From a virus (taxonomy: Duplodnaviria > Heunggongvirae > Uroviricota > Caudoviricetes): 64,000 nt of DNA. Made by a program: the position numbers and the translations under genes. Location: the IMG/VR virus record IMGVR_UViG_2802429052_000001, positions 27,845 through 91,844 of that record, one strand, 5' to 3'. Below the pieces are notes generated by a model. That model was not told where the DNA came from. It was given only the letters and a program-made list of their open reading frames with translations, and did not search any database. This document shows, piece after piece, positions 56,806 to 64,000 of the stretch. Each line of letters begins with the position of its first letter. Position 1 is the stretch's first letter.

Positions 56806-57693
56806 CTATTTGGTGGGGATGGTGGGCAGGACGGGGGTGGGCCAGCACAGCAGCGCGAGGCCCTTCTCGCGGGCGATGTCCAGGCACTTGGAGACCAGGA
56901 CGTTGGGGTCATGTGAGACCGATCCCGCCAGCTCGCCGTTGGCCTTGGCCTGCTCCACGGCCGTTTTCTTGGCCTGCTCCACGGCCGTTTTCTTGGCCTG
57001 CTCGGCCACAGCCGTCGCGGCGCGTTCCTGGTTGAGCTGGTTGATCTTCTGCTCGGTGCCGTCGTCGTAGTCGATGGTCGGCACCGCCACGTCGAGAATT
57101 TCGACCTGATCGCCCACCTTGCCCGCCAGGATCACCTTCGCCTTCTCCGAGAGTTCGGGCAGTGGCGAGCGGTCGAGGTTCTGCGGCGCCAACGGATCGA
57201 ATGAGGCGAACACCTCATTGAGCGCGACTTGCAGATTCCGGGTGACCAGGTTCGACCGCACGTTGTCGAACGTCTTGTACTGCACGAAAAGATCGGGCGT
57301 GGCATCCGGCTTGATCTGCCAGCGCACCGAGACATCAGCGTCCGCGGTGGAGCTGTTGCCCAGTCGCACCTTGATGCGGTGATCGCCTGTGTGCTGGTCG
57401 ATCTGCACGGCGCCATCCATCTCGGTGACCTCCGTCCATGGCGCCTTGAGGTGCAGGCCGTTGGTCAGCGTGGTGCCGGTCGGACGGCTGAATGTCGTCT
57501 CGATACCGATCTGGCGAGTGCCGACCACAGTGGTCGCGGCGAACACCAGGAAAACCAGCGCGAACAGGAACACCACACCCGCGCCGCCGAAACAGATTCG
57601 TTTGTCGTTGCCGCGCTGCATGAACAGCCCGACAATCACCGCGATCACGGCGATGACGACCAAGATCAGGAAGAACCACATGGATACTGGCAT
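56806..57693 (-). CDS. SPFH/band-7 (HflK/C-like) membrane protein with 24-bp tandem repeats
   Basis: N-terminal TM, SPFH-like core, C-terminal AVEQAKKT repeats. Confidence 0.55.
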   Translation of the reverse strand: MPVSMWFFLILVVIAVIAVIVGLFMQRGNDKRICFGGAGVVFLFALVFLVFAATTVVGTRQIGIETTFSRPTGTTLTNGLHLKAPWTEVTEMDGAVQIDQHTGDHRIKVRLGNSSTADADVSVRWQIKPDATPDLFVQYKTFDNVRSNLVTRNLQVALNEVFASFDPLAPQNLDRSPLPELSEKAKVILAGKVGDQVEILDVAVPTIDYDDGTEQKINQLNQERAATAVAEQAKKTAVEQAKKTAVEQAKANGELAGSVSHDPNVLVSKCLDIAREKGLALLCWPTPVLPTIPTK

Positions 57694-57702
57694 TGTCGGC
57701 CC

Positions 57703-58539
57703 CTACTTGCCCAGATTGGCGGCGTAGACGGGCACCCCGAGTGCTTCGGACAGCTCGCCGGTTACGTGCGTCCACGCATCGCGCACGAGGTGCTGATAGG
57801 GCTGTGGGAACAGACCGAGCCCCAATTGCCCCTGCGAGATGTTCAGGCGCAACCAGCACCGAACCTCGATGACCGGGTAGTCCTCGAATGGTCGGGCCGA
57901 CAAGGTGATTTCGCGCGGTACCTCAAGCTGCCGAGTTGCGGTGCCCGCCTTGGCCGATACTTCCTCGCTGTAGGTCAGGTTCACGCTGCTGGTGGCACGC
58001 TTGATTCCTGACTCGAATGATCCCTTGCTCGATGCTCGGATGCTGTCGACGATCTCCATGACATCGGCGGCCTGGTGCGAGGTGATCAGGTGCCCGGCTT
58101 GTTCGATCAGGTCGCCGAATTCCAGCTGAGTGTGGAACCTGCCGTCAGCGGCGTTGAACAGGGTGGCCCAATCGGGATCGGCGACGAACTGAAGAGTGAG
58201 CACATCGTTTCGGCGGGTGTAGTCGGCCGTTGCGTCCGTGCCGAGTTCGTTGTAGATGACGCTGACCTGGCCCTTGTCGCGGTTGCCCCAGACGGTCGAG
58301 AGGCCTTGGAGTAGTGGCCGGCGGGTGACCTCGGCCAGGAATGAGGCTGTGTCGGTGACGGTTCGGCGCTCGGGTGCGCGCGGCGGGAACGCTGCGGGCA
58401 CCTTGCCTCGTACGTCGACAACCTCGGTCTGGAGGCCGTTCTCGCCGTTGGCGGTGACGAGGTAGAGGGAGGTGTCGGCCTCGGGTTCATCGATCAGTTC
58501 GGTCGCGTGGACGGGTAGTGCAATGGCGTTGTCGGACAT
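57703..58539 (-). CDS. Hypothetical protein (278 aa)
   Basis: Long ORF. Confidence 0.45.
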   Translation of the reverse strand: MSDNAIALPVHATELIDEPEADTSLYLVTANGENGLQTEVVDVRGKVPAAFPPRAPERRTVTDTASFLAEVTRRPLLQGLSTVWGNRDKGQVSVIYNELGTDATADYTRRNDVLTLQFVADPDWATLFNAADGRFHTQLEFGDLIEQAGHLITSHQAADVMEIVDSIRASSKGSFESGIKRATSSVNLTYSEEVSAKAGTATRQLEVPREITLSARPFEDYPVIEVRCWLRLNISQGQLGLGLFPQPYQHLVRDAWTHVTGELSEALGVPVYAANLGK

Positions 58540-58566
58540 GGGTGTTACTCCTTTGGACGGGTTGGG

Positions 58567-58908
58567 TTACTTGGTGCCGTAGAACATGGCGGCGTTGTCG
58601 CGGGACAGACCCCCCTCGCCGTCGGCGAAGAAAATCGTTCCGGCAGGGTCTTTGGCGGGGGCGCTGACGACATCGGGGACAAGGCACACCGCCCCGGACT
58701 CGCGGGGCTCGACCTTGATCTTGAGCGTGACGCAACCGCCCTTCTTGCCGGTTGCCATTGCAGCCTCGACACATTCGTGCAGCGCCTTGGTTGCGGCGGT
58801 TTGCGTGCGGCCCTTGTCGAGCTGCGTCAGCACGACGATGAACTCGGTGATGTCGCCTGGCGCGAGTTCGGTGCCTTCCTCTTTCTTCTCGGTGTCGTTG
58901 TCGGACAT
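58567..58908 (-). CDS. Hypothetical protein
   Basis: ORF. Confidence 0.4.
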   Translation of the reverse strand: MSDNDTEKKEEGTELAPGDITEFIVVLTQLDKGRTQTAATKALHECVEAAMATGKKGGCVTLKIKVEPRESGAVCLVPDVVSAPAKDPAGTIFFADGEGGLSRDNAAMFYGTK

Positions 58909-58910
58909 GG

Positions 58911-60032
58911 TTATTCATTCCCTTCTGTTGTGGTGGGTTGGTTCAGAACGTCGGTCACTACCTCGGCCTCGGCTTCGGATAGGTCGTTGATATCGGGGAT
59001 TTCGCGGCCGACGACAGTGGCCAGATAGGTGAGCGTTTTGACGGTGGCCGCATCGCCGCGCAGGGAATAGCCCGCGTTGCCGAGCAGGCCGCGGATGGTG
59101 CCGATGGTCTTTTTGGTGGCCAGAAACTCACCGCGCGAGTTGTATTCAGCGGGGTTGGCCTCGGGTGCTTCCTCGACTTTCTCGGAGGCTGGCGCTTGCT
59201 CGGGAGCTGGTGCCGCTTCGGCCTTCGGTTTGTCCGGGGCCTTGGCCTTGATCTCGTCGGCGGTCACTCCTGCGACCGGCGGGAACATCTCGGCTTTGTC
59301 GTAGCCGTCGCGGGTGATCGAGGTGTAGGTGATACCCATCTGTGCGACATCGCCCGCATCCCAGGCGCCGCGCTTCTTGCCGATCTTGGTCTCCAATTGC
59401 GCCTGTGAGACGCCGATGGCGCGGAATCCGGCGATCATGTCCTCGATGCGCTTGGGCAAGGGCACGCCCTCGCCGTTCTCCAGCGTGGCCTTGCAGATGT
59501 CCTGTGCCGCTTCGGTGAACCACTTAGGCAAGATGGCGTTGATGCACTCGCGGACAGCGCGAGCACCAGCATTGTTGTTGTTGTTCGTGATGTCACCGAG
59601 GTCGGTGAGTTCTTGGCGGCGCCCCTTTGACATGCGGGCATGGGGGACGATGAAGGTGCGCGTAGAGCGGGTGTTGGTCTGCACATCCCACGCCCACGCC
59701 TGAACCTCGGACTCGCCCCGGGAGTCGTCGCGGTGCAACTCGTTGACGCCGTACTGCACGTTGCCCCAGACTCGCGCCAGTTCGCGCATGAGGTGCACAG
59801 ATGCGCCGTTACCTCGGTTCGGCACCTGATAGAAGGCCTGTTTCGCCATCGCGGATCGATTGCACGTATCGCGCATCTCCGCTTCGGCGCGCTGCATGTC
59901 GCGCGGGATCTGCTGGGCCACGATGACGGCGGATTGGACCTCGGCGACGGCGCGCGACTGTTCGACCGAGGTGGCCTGGCTGACCGCTGTGCGCGGTGCG
60001 GGCGAGATGGGCTGGTAGGGGGTGACGGTCAC
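58911..60032 (-). CDS. Single-strand annealing protein candidate (RecT-like)
   Basis: 373 aa gene immediately downstream of and overlapping an exonuclease gene, Che9c gp60/61-like arrangement; assignment by context. Confidence 0.45.
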   Translation of the reverse strand: MTVTPYQPISPAPRTAVSQATSVEQSRAVAEVQSAVIVAQQIPRDMQRAEAEMRDTCNRSAMAKQAFYQVPNRGNGASVHLMRELARVWGNVQYGVNELHRDDSRGESEVQAWAWDVQTNTRSTRTFIVPHARMSKGRRQELTDLGDITNNNNNAGARAVRECINAILPKWFTEAAQDICKATLENGEGVPLPKRIEDMIAGFRAIGVSQAQLETKIGKKRGAWDAGDVAQMGITYTSITRDGYDKAEMFPPVAGVTADEIKAKAPDKPKAEAAPAPEQAPASEKVEEAPEANPAEYNSRGEFLATKKTIGTIRGLLGNAGYSLRGDAATVKTLTYLATVVGREIPDINDLSEAEAEVVTDVLNQPTTTEGNE

Positions 60033-60931
60033 TGATCGAGTTCTCCTTCTTGCTGGTAGGTGGCGTAACTGGGGAGCGATACCGAGTGCACGTGGTCGCC
60101 GTAGCCGGGCCAGTGGTCATCGGCGACGCATTGGGCGTACAGGTCGATGGCCTTGCGGTTGCGGCGCCGACCGAGGTCGATGTCCTCGGGCTTGAGCTCG
60201 ACCACGGTGATCGGATAGGGCGCCGTCTTGGACTGCACGACGAACAGGAACGCGGCGTCGTCGGCGATCTCGCACGCGGCCAGGCCGTCCAGATACCACG
60301 GTGCCTGCTGGTGGTAGCCGTATTCGGCTGCGGCCTTGGCGAAGTGGCCCGGGTAGGCGCTGGAGCTGGTCTTGTAGTCGACGACGATCAGCCGTCCCTG
60401 GCCGGGGTTGGGCAGCCAGTCGGGCCGGAACCGCAGGCGCACGCCCGTCTCCCGGTCGTGCCAGTACCCGGACAGCTCCGGTGTCCCGTCGGCTAGTAGC
60501 GGCCCGGCGAGCGGGTGCTCGTGAACCCTGGCCGCCATCGCTTTGGCCTTGGCCACCTCGGCGATGTGCATCGGGATCTGACCGGCCTTGCGCGCTTCCT
60601 CGGCTGCTGCCTGCCACATCGCGGTGGCGGTGGGCGACTTGGCGGGGGAGCCATCCTTGTTCAGCCCGTGAACGGCCGGATCTAGCTCGCAGATATCGGC
60701 GCCTTCGCCCAGCACGAACTTGTGGGCAACGTGCCCGAAGTCGTATTGCGGCTTGGGTTCTGGCGGTTGCCGCTGCTGGTAGTGGAAGATCTCGGGCGAG
60801 GACGGCGCCAGCAGTGCACGGGCACCTGACGACGACAAGCTGGTGCGGTCGGCGTGGTAGACCTCATCAGGAATACCGGCGTATACGCCGTCAGCGGTGG
60901 GGATTTCGACCTGGATGATGCATTCGCTCAT
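60029..60931 (-). CDS. Recombination exonuclease candidate (RecE/YqaJ-like)
   Basis: 300 aa acidic protein paired with the annealing-protein gene; context-based. Confidence 0.45.
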   Translation of the reverse strand: MSECIIQVEIPTADGVYAGIPDEVYHADRTSLSSSGARALLAPSSPEIFHYQQRQPPEPKPQYDFGHVAHKFVLGEGADICELDPAVHGLNKDGSPAKSPTATAMWQAAAEEARKAGQIPMHIAEVAKAKAMAARVHEHPLAGPLLADGTPELSGYWHDRETGVRLRFRPDWLPNPGQGRLIVVDYKTSSSAYPGHFAKAAAEYGYHQQAPWYLDGLAACEIADDAAFLFVVQSKTAPYPITVVELKPEDIDLGRRRNRKAIDLYAQCVADDHWPGYGDHVHSVSLPSYATYQQEGELDQ

Positions 60932-61152
60932 ACGTCAGCCTCGACCCACTCGCGGCCCTTGCGCTGGGCCCAACAGCCCTGGGCATCGTCTTCACGCCAA
61001 GCTAGTTCGTTGTCCCAGATCGCAACCACTTCAACGAACGCGTTGGCCATGTGACTGCCGTCGTGGCCCGCGTCGCGGGTGCACACGTAGTTGTCGAACC
61101 GTGCGGGGCAATCGCCCAAGGCGGCCTCTGGATGTGTCTTCATGCTCTGCAT
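60928..61152 (-). CDS. Hypothetical small protein
   Basis: Coupled ORF. Confidence 0.35.
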   Translation of the reverse strand: MQSMKTHPEAALGDCPARFDNYVCTRDAGHDGSHMANAFVEVVAIWDNELAWREDDAQGCWAQRKGREWVEADV

Positions 61153-61154
61153 GG

Positions 61155-61439
61155 TTAGACCTCAATTCCTTTGTGGGGCAGCGTTGTAATGCCCGCGATT
61201 TCCTCGGCGCGCCGGTCGAGCATCTTGGTTGTCACCGTGTCCGGGTCGAATCCGATGGCAAGCGCCATCATCAGTTGTGCAGCTTTGACCGGGTGGCGCA
61301 ACCACATTGAGACCAGCTCGCGATGCACCTGATGAGGGTCGGTCTCCCGGACAGCCTCGACGAGGCGGTACAGCACGCCCTTGAGGACGCGCATGTTCGT
61401 TTCGTAGCTCTCGTCAACGTCGATCGTCATAACGGTCAT
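61155..61439 (-). CDS. Hypothetical small protein
   Basis: Coupled ORF. Confidence 0.35.
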   Translation of the reverse strand: MTVMTIDVDESYETNMRVLKGVLYRLVEAVRETDPHQVHRELVSMWLRHPVKAAQLMMALAIGFDPDTVTTKMLDRRAEEIAGITTLPHKGIEV

Positions 61440-61807
61440 GACGACACCACCTCCTGGTGGTCGCGCATACTGATCTGGTTGCGCAGGCGCGTAATCACCC
61501 CACGCAGTGCGGCATTGGAGCGGCGAAGATTCTCGATGCTCCGCCCGCGCGCCTCGTACTCCTTCTCACGTCGCGCCTTGCGTGGATGCTCCAGCGAGAG
61601 AACCACGTAGCCATCGGCCACCCACGGGGCCTGGTACATGACGTGCGTGATGGTCCATTCCGCGTACGAGAGTGCCTCGGACGATCCCACCTTGAACAGA
61701 ATGCGGTCGCCCTTCTGGTAATCGCGATCAGCACGGCGCACCTCGTACGTCTTGCTGCCGTCGTAGAGCAGGTCGTGCCAATAACTTTCGATCTTGAGGT
61801 AGTGAGT
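61436..61807 (-). CDS. ASCH domain protein
   Basis: GSKTYEVRR (GxKxxExR) motif; GTGA coupled. Confidence 0.45.
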   Translation of the reverse strand, partial: THYLKIESYWHDLLYDGSKTYEVRRADRDYQKGDRILFKVGSSEALSYAEWTITHVMYQAPWVADGYVVLSLEHPRKARREKEYEARGRSIENLRRSNAALRGVITRLRNQISMRDHQEVVSS

Positions 61808-61809
61808 CG

Positions 61810-62139
61810 TCACCAGCTCACCTCCGATGCACGAATCGCGGCGCTGGCTTTGTCCCGGTTGTCGCGATCGGTGAAGAACTCGACGAGCAAGATCTCGGCG
61901 GTAGCGTCGGCGGTCCAGGCGCATCGCGGGTCTGTACCGGACTCCTTGACGGACTCGCGCCACGCCTTCTGATTGGCGACCAGGACGGCGATACCGCGAT
62001 TGCCCAATCTCTCGAACAGGTCAGCGATTTGCAGGTCCAAGACGTTGTTGGCGACGTTGGGGGAGCACTTCTGCTCGGCCTTGTCGAACGCGGCCATGAG
62101 CTCGTCGAACGTGGGGTTGGGGTCAAAGGTGATGGTCAT
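61810..62139 (-). CDS. Hypothetical protein
   Basis: Start at MTITFDP; ATGA coupled. Confidence 0.35.
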   Translation of the reverse strand: MTITFDPNPTFDELMAAFDKAEQKCSPNVANNVLDLQIADLFERLGNRGIAVLVANQKAWRESVKESGTDPRCAWTADATAEILLVEFFTDRDNRDKASAAIRASEVSW

Positions 62140-62522
62140 GCCGCACGCCCCTGGCTCTGCTGCGGCGTGGAAGCGTAGGTGTCGGCGTATGACTTGAGTA
62201 GTGGCGCATGGCGTTTGCACCACACCTTCACTGAGCCCACGATGATCTGGGCCGACTGATCGAGGCTGTAGCCGCGCGCGGACAGTGCCCGGTATGAGTA
62301 CCGGATGCCGTCGAAATTGGGCTGCGCGTCCAGCTCGTTGCACACGCGCCAGCCGCTCGTCGTCACGAAGTCATCGGTCACCGGGTCGGCGTGCGAGTCC
62401 GGTGACGCCAGCAGCATCGCGGCGAGCACCGCGATAGCAGCCAGCACGACGGTGATCGCGTCGTAGCTGCTCAGCCGGGGTCGGCGGCGCCCGTGCGACC
62501 GCCTGCGGATATGTTGGGGCAT
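62136..62522 (-). CDS. Membrane-anchored/secreted protein (DUF732-like)
   Basis: Basic N-terminus, TM helix, Cys pair. Confidence 0.4.
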   Translation of the reverse strand: MPQHIRRRSHGRRRPRLSSYDAITVVLAAIAVLAAMLLASPDSHADPVTDDFVTTSGWRVCNELDAQPNFDGIRYSYRALSARGYSLDQSAQIIVGSVKVWCKRHAPLLKSYADTYASTPQQSQGRAA

Positions 62523-62624
62523 GCCAAGTCCTCTCAGTAGGATTGGTTGGTAGGGGACGCTGGCGGTTTCTGTTTGGCGACGGGACCGCCAGCGTCTTTA
62601 TCTATTCAGTTGTGGGACTTGCGA

Positions 62625-63401
62625 TTACCTGGGGATTCGGCCCAAGCGTGCGGTGATGAGTTCCATCCCTCGCGGCAGAATGCGCAAGGTGTAGTGGGCG
62701 CAGCTGCCCCATGAGTGCGCGACGACGTGCTCGTGCGCTTGGAAGTAGTGCGCGAACTGCGCGTAGTGGTCGTACTGCACCGCGCCGCACGGAGCGTGTT
62801 TGGCGAAGATCAGCCGCTCATCCAGGAGCCACTGGCGAAACTCGCGCTCGCGCATGCCGAGCAGCTTGCCCGCCTCCCGGATCAGCCGGGGCCCGCCTTG
62901 TGCAGTGAGGTAGGTGTCCGCAAGGTCGGCCTTGGGCTCCAGCTCGGCGATCCGAGCGTCCTTCGCCTCGATCATCCGCTGAGCTTCGAGCACGGCGGCG
63001 GCGAGTAGGTCGGTGCCCGTGAGCGCGGGCGCGGCCGTGGCGGTTTCAGCCTCACGGGTCTTGATGACGAAATAGGTCTGTGCGGCCGCGATCTCGGGCT
63101 TGCGTGGATCGCCATTGAGTGCGACGAGATAGCAGGCGTACCGGGAGAGGTGGTAGTCCTCGACCGCTCGCTGCGCTCCATTGCCGGTGGAGACCAATTT
63201 CCCGGCGCCGGGAAATTGCGTCGCAGGGTCGTACCCGGCGTTGCGTGCAGCGCTCTTGGCGCGGTTGATGGCGTCGGCGAACCGCTCCCACTTCTCGTAT
63301 CCGAGCAACGGCATGAGATCGCGTGCCGACCAGTACTCGCGGCCTCCGTCGGTCAGGTGTCGGATGGCGTCGAACGGGGATACGGCGACGAGCATGCTCA
63401 T
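62625..63401 (-). CDS. Antirepressor (Bro-N/KilA-like)
   Basis: N-terminal Bro-N-like segment; next to cro-like gene. Confidence 0.5.
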   Translation of the reverse strand: MSMLVAVSPFDAIRHLTDGGREYWSARDLMPLLGYEKWERFADAINRAKSAARNAGYDPATQFPGAGKLVSTGNGAQRAVEDYHLSRYACYLVALNGDPRKPEIAAAQTYFVIKTREAETATAAPALTGTDLLAAAVLEAQRMIEAKDARIAELEPKADLADTYLTAQGGPRLIREAGKLLGMREREFRQWLLDERLIFAKHAPCGAVQYDHYAQFAHYFQAHEHVVAHSWGSCAHYTLRILPRGMELITARLGRIPR

Positions 63402-63589
63402 GAGGCCACCGCCTTGGGCTGATTGCACCAGGCACGCAAGGACTCTCGGGACACCGCAACACCGGTCATGTCGTGGATTTCGTTGGCAATGCCCTGCCAG
63501 GACTTGCCCTGTGCCCGGCGTGCGCCGACGAGTTCGGGGAGTCTTCGACCACCGAGCCGAGCCTCGATCAGCAGAAGTTTTGCGCTCAT
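63398..63589 (-). CDS. Cro-like HTH protein
   Basis: 63 aa, HTH (GKSWQGIANEI), divergent from repressor. Confidence 0.45.
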   Translation of the reverse strand: MSAKLLLIEARLGGRRLPELVGARRAQGKSWQGIANEIHDMTGVAVSRESLRAWCNQPKAVAS

Positions 63590-63709
63590 GCCGAAATAAT
63601 TACATGCATGAAATTTAATTGCAAGCATAACTCAGGAATGATCTGTTTACTTGCAGCTCAAGCATGCAATCTTCTTGCATACAGATTGCAGAGATGTCAT
63701 CATTTACCC
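63590..63709. promoter_or_regulatory. AT-rich divergent promoter/operator region with five TTGCA half-sites and GCATGC palindrome
   Basis: GC drop to about 40% in a 65% GC background; repeats TTGCAAG, TTGCAGC, ATGCAA, TTGCATA, TTGCAGA. Confidence 0.5.
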
Positions 63710-64000
63710 ATGACGACAGCAGAGAAGGTTCACGGGAACAACTGGGTTCCGGCAGACACTCTTGCCGCCAGGGTTGTTGTCCTGCGAAATGCGCTCAGGA
63801 TGAGCCGCAGGGAGTTTTCCCAGCTCACTGGATTGACCGAGAATGCCCTACAAGGGATTGAAAGCGGGCGCAGTCCCCACAAGCTCACGGAGAAGATTCA
63901 GGCGATTCATCGGGCCACTGGAGCGAGCCGCGAATGGCTCATGTGGGGCGGGCAGCTAGCCACGGAGGGGGCGAGTAGCACAGTTCTTACTCACGAGTAA
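63710..64000 (+). CDS. XRE-family HTH repressor candidate
   Basis: HTH (MSRREFSQLTGLTENALQGIESG); divergent from cro-like gene. Confidence 0.55.
   Translation: MTTAEKVHGNNWVPADTLAARVVVLRNALRMSRREFSQLTGLTENALQGIESGRSPHKLTEKIQAIHRATGASREWLMWGGQLATEGASSTVLTHE

Larger units (their letters stand above)
14215..64000. mobile_element. Prophage B (right end outside window): integrase, toxin cassette, complete virion/lysis operon, early genes, repressor switch
   Basis: Full complement of siphovirus genes with translational coupling, integrase at left, immunity region at right. Confidence 0.7.

Noticed and set aside
1-64000. CRISPR arrays, rRNA, IS transposases
   Set aside because: No spacer-repeat periodicity, no rRNA-like segments, and no transposase-like ORFs seen. 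The repeats present are coding (Gly tracts, peptide repeats) or regulatory.

Overview
This ~65% GC, actinobacterial (Mycobacterium-like) window is almost entirely temperate siphovirus prophage DNA. It appears to contain two related but mosaic prophages arranged head-to-head. All gene calls are by motif inspection of the ORF track; no database search was possible.

- **Prophage A** (1 to about 14.2 kb, partial). Late genes lie on the + strand: minor tail proteins, then a lysis cassette (small membrane protein, NlpC/P60 lysin A, esterase-type lysin B, two holin-like genes), then a terminator. A reverse-strand cargo cassette follows: secreted proteins, a helical accessory protein, a 672-aa polymorphic toxin with a WxG-containing N-terminus, an immunity gene and a tyrosine integrase.
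- **Prophage B** (about 14.2 to 64 kb, continuing past the window end). It is the mirror image of A: integrase (+), tandem WXG100 genes, a polymorphic toxin, an immunity gene and a lipoprotein, then a strong terminator. A complete late operon runs on the minus strand: holins, lysin B, LAS/M15-like lysin A, minor tails, tape measure, tail chaperones, major tail, connectors, capsid, protease/scaffold, portal and terminase. Next come a GNAT/DUF1778 toxin-antitoxin pair plus a divergent membrane protein, then an early operon (HNH, orphan DNA methyltransferase, DnaQ exonuclease, SPFH protein, RecET-like pair, ASCH protein, antirepressor). The window ends at a divergent cro-like/XRE-repressor switch region.

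The divergent integrases (about 70% identical) are separated by a 250-bp quasi-palindromic junction.

The most interesting content:
- two non-homologous ESX/WXG100-associated toxin-immunity cassettes at the same int-proximal locus;
- the mirror-image prophage arrangement itself;
- a lysis-module domain swap with a conserved overlapping small membrane gene;
- the toxin-antitoxin plus membrane-protein insertion between the early and late operons.

Coordinates follow the provided ORF track. Where I indexed the printed sequence directly, positions may be off by 1 bp.
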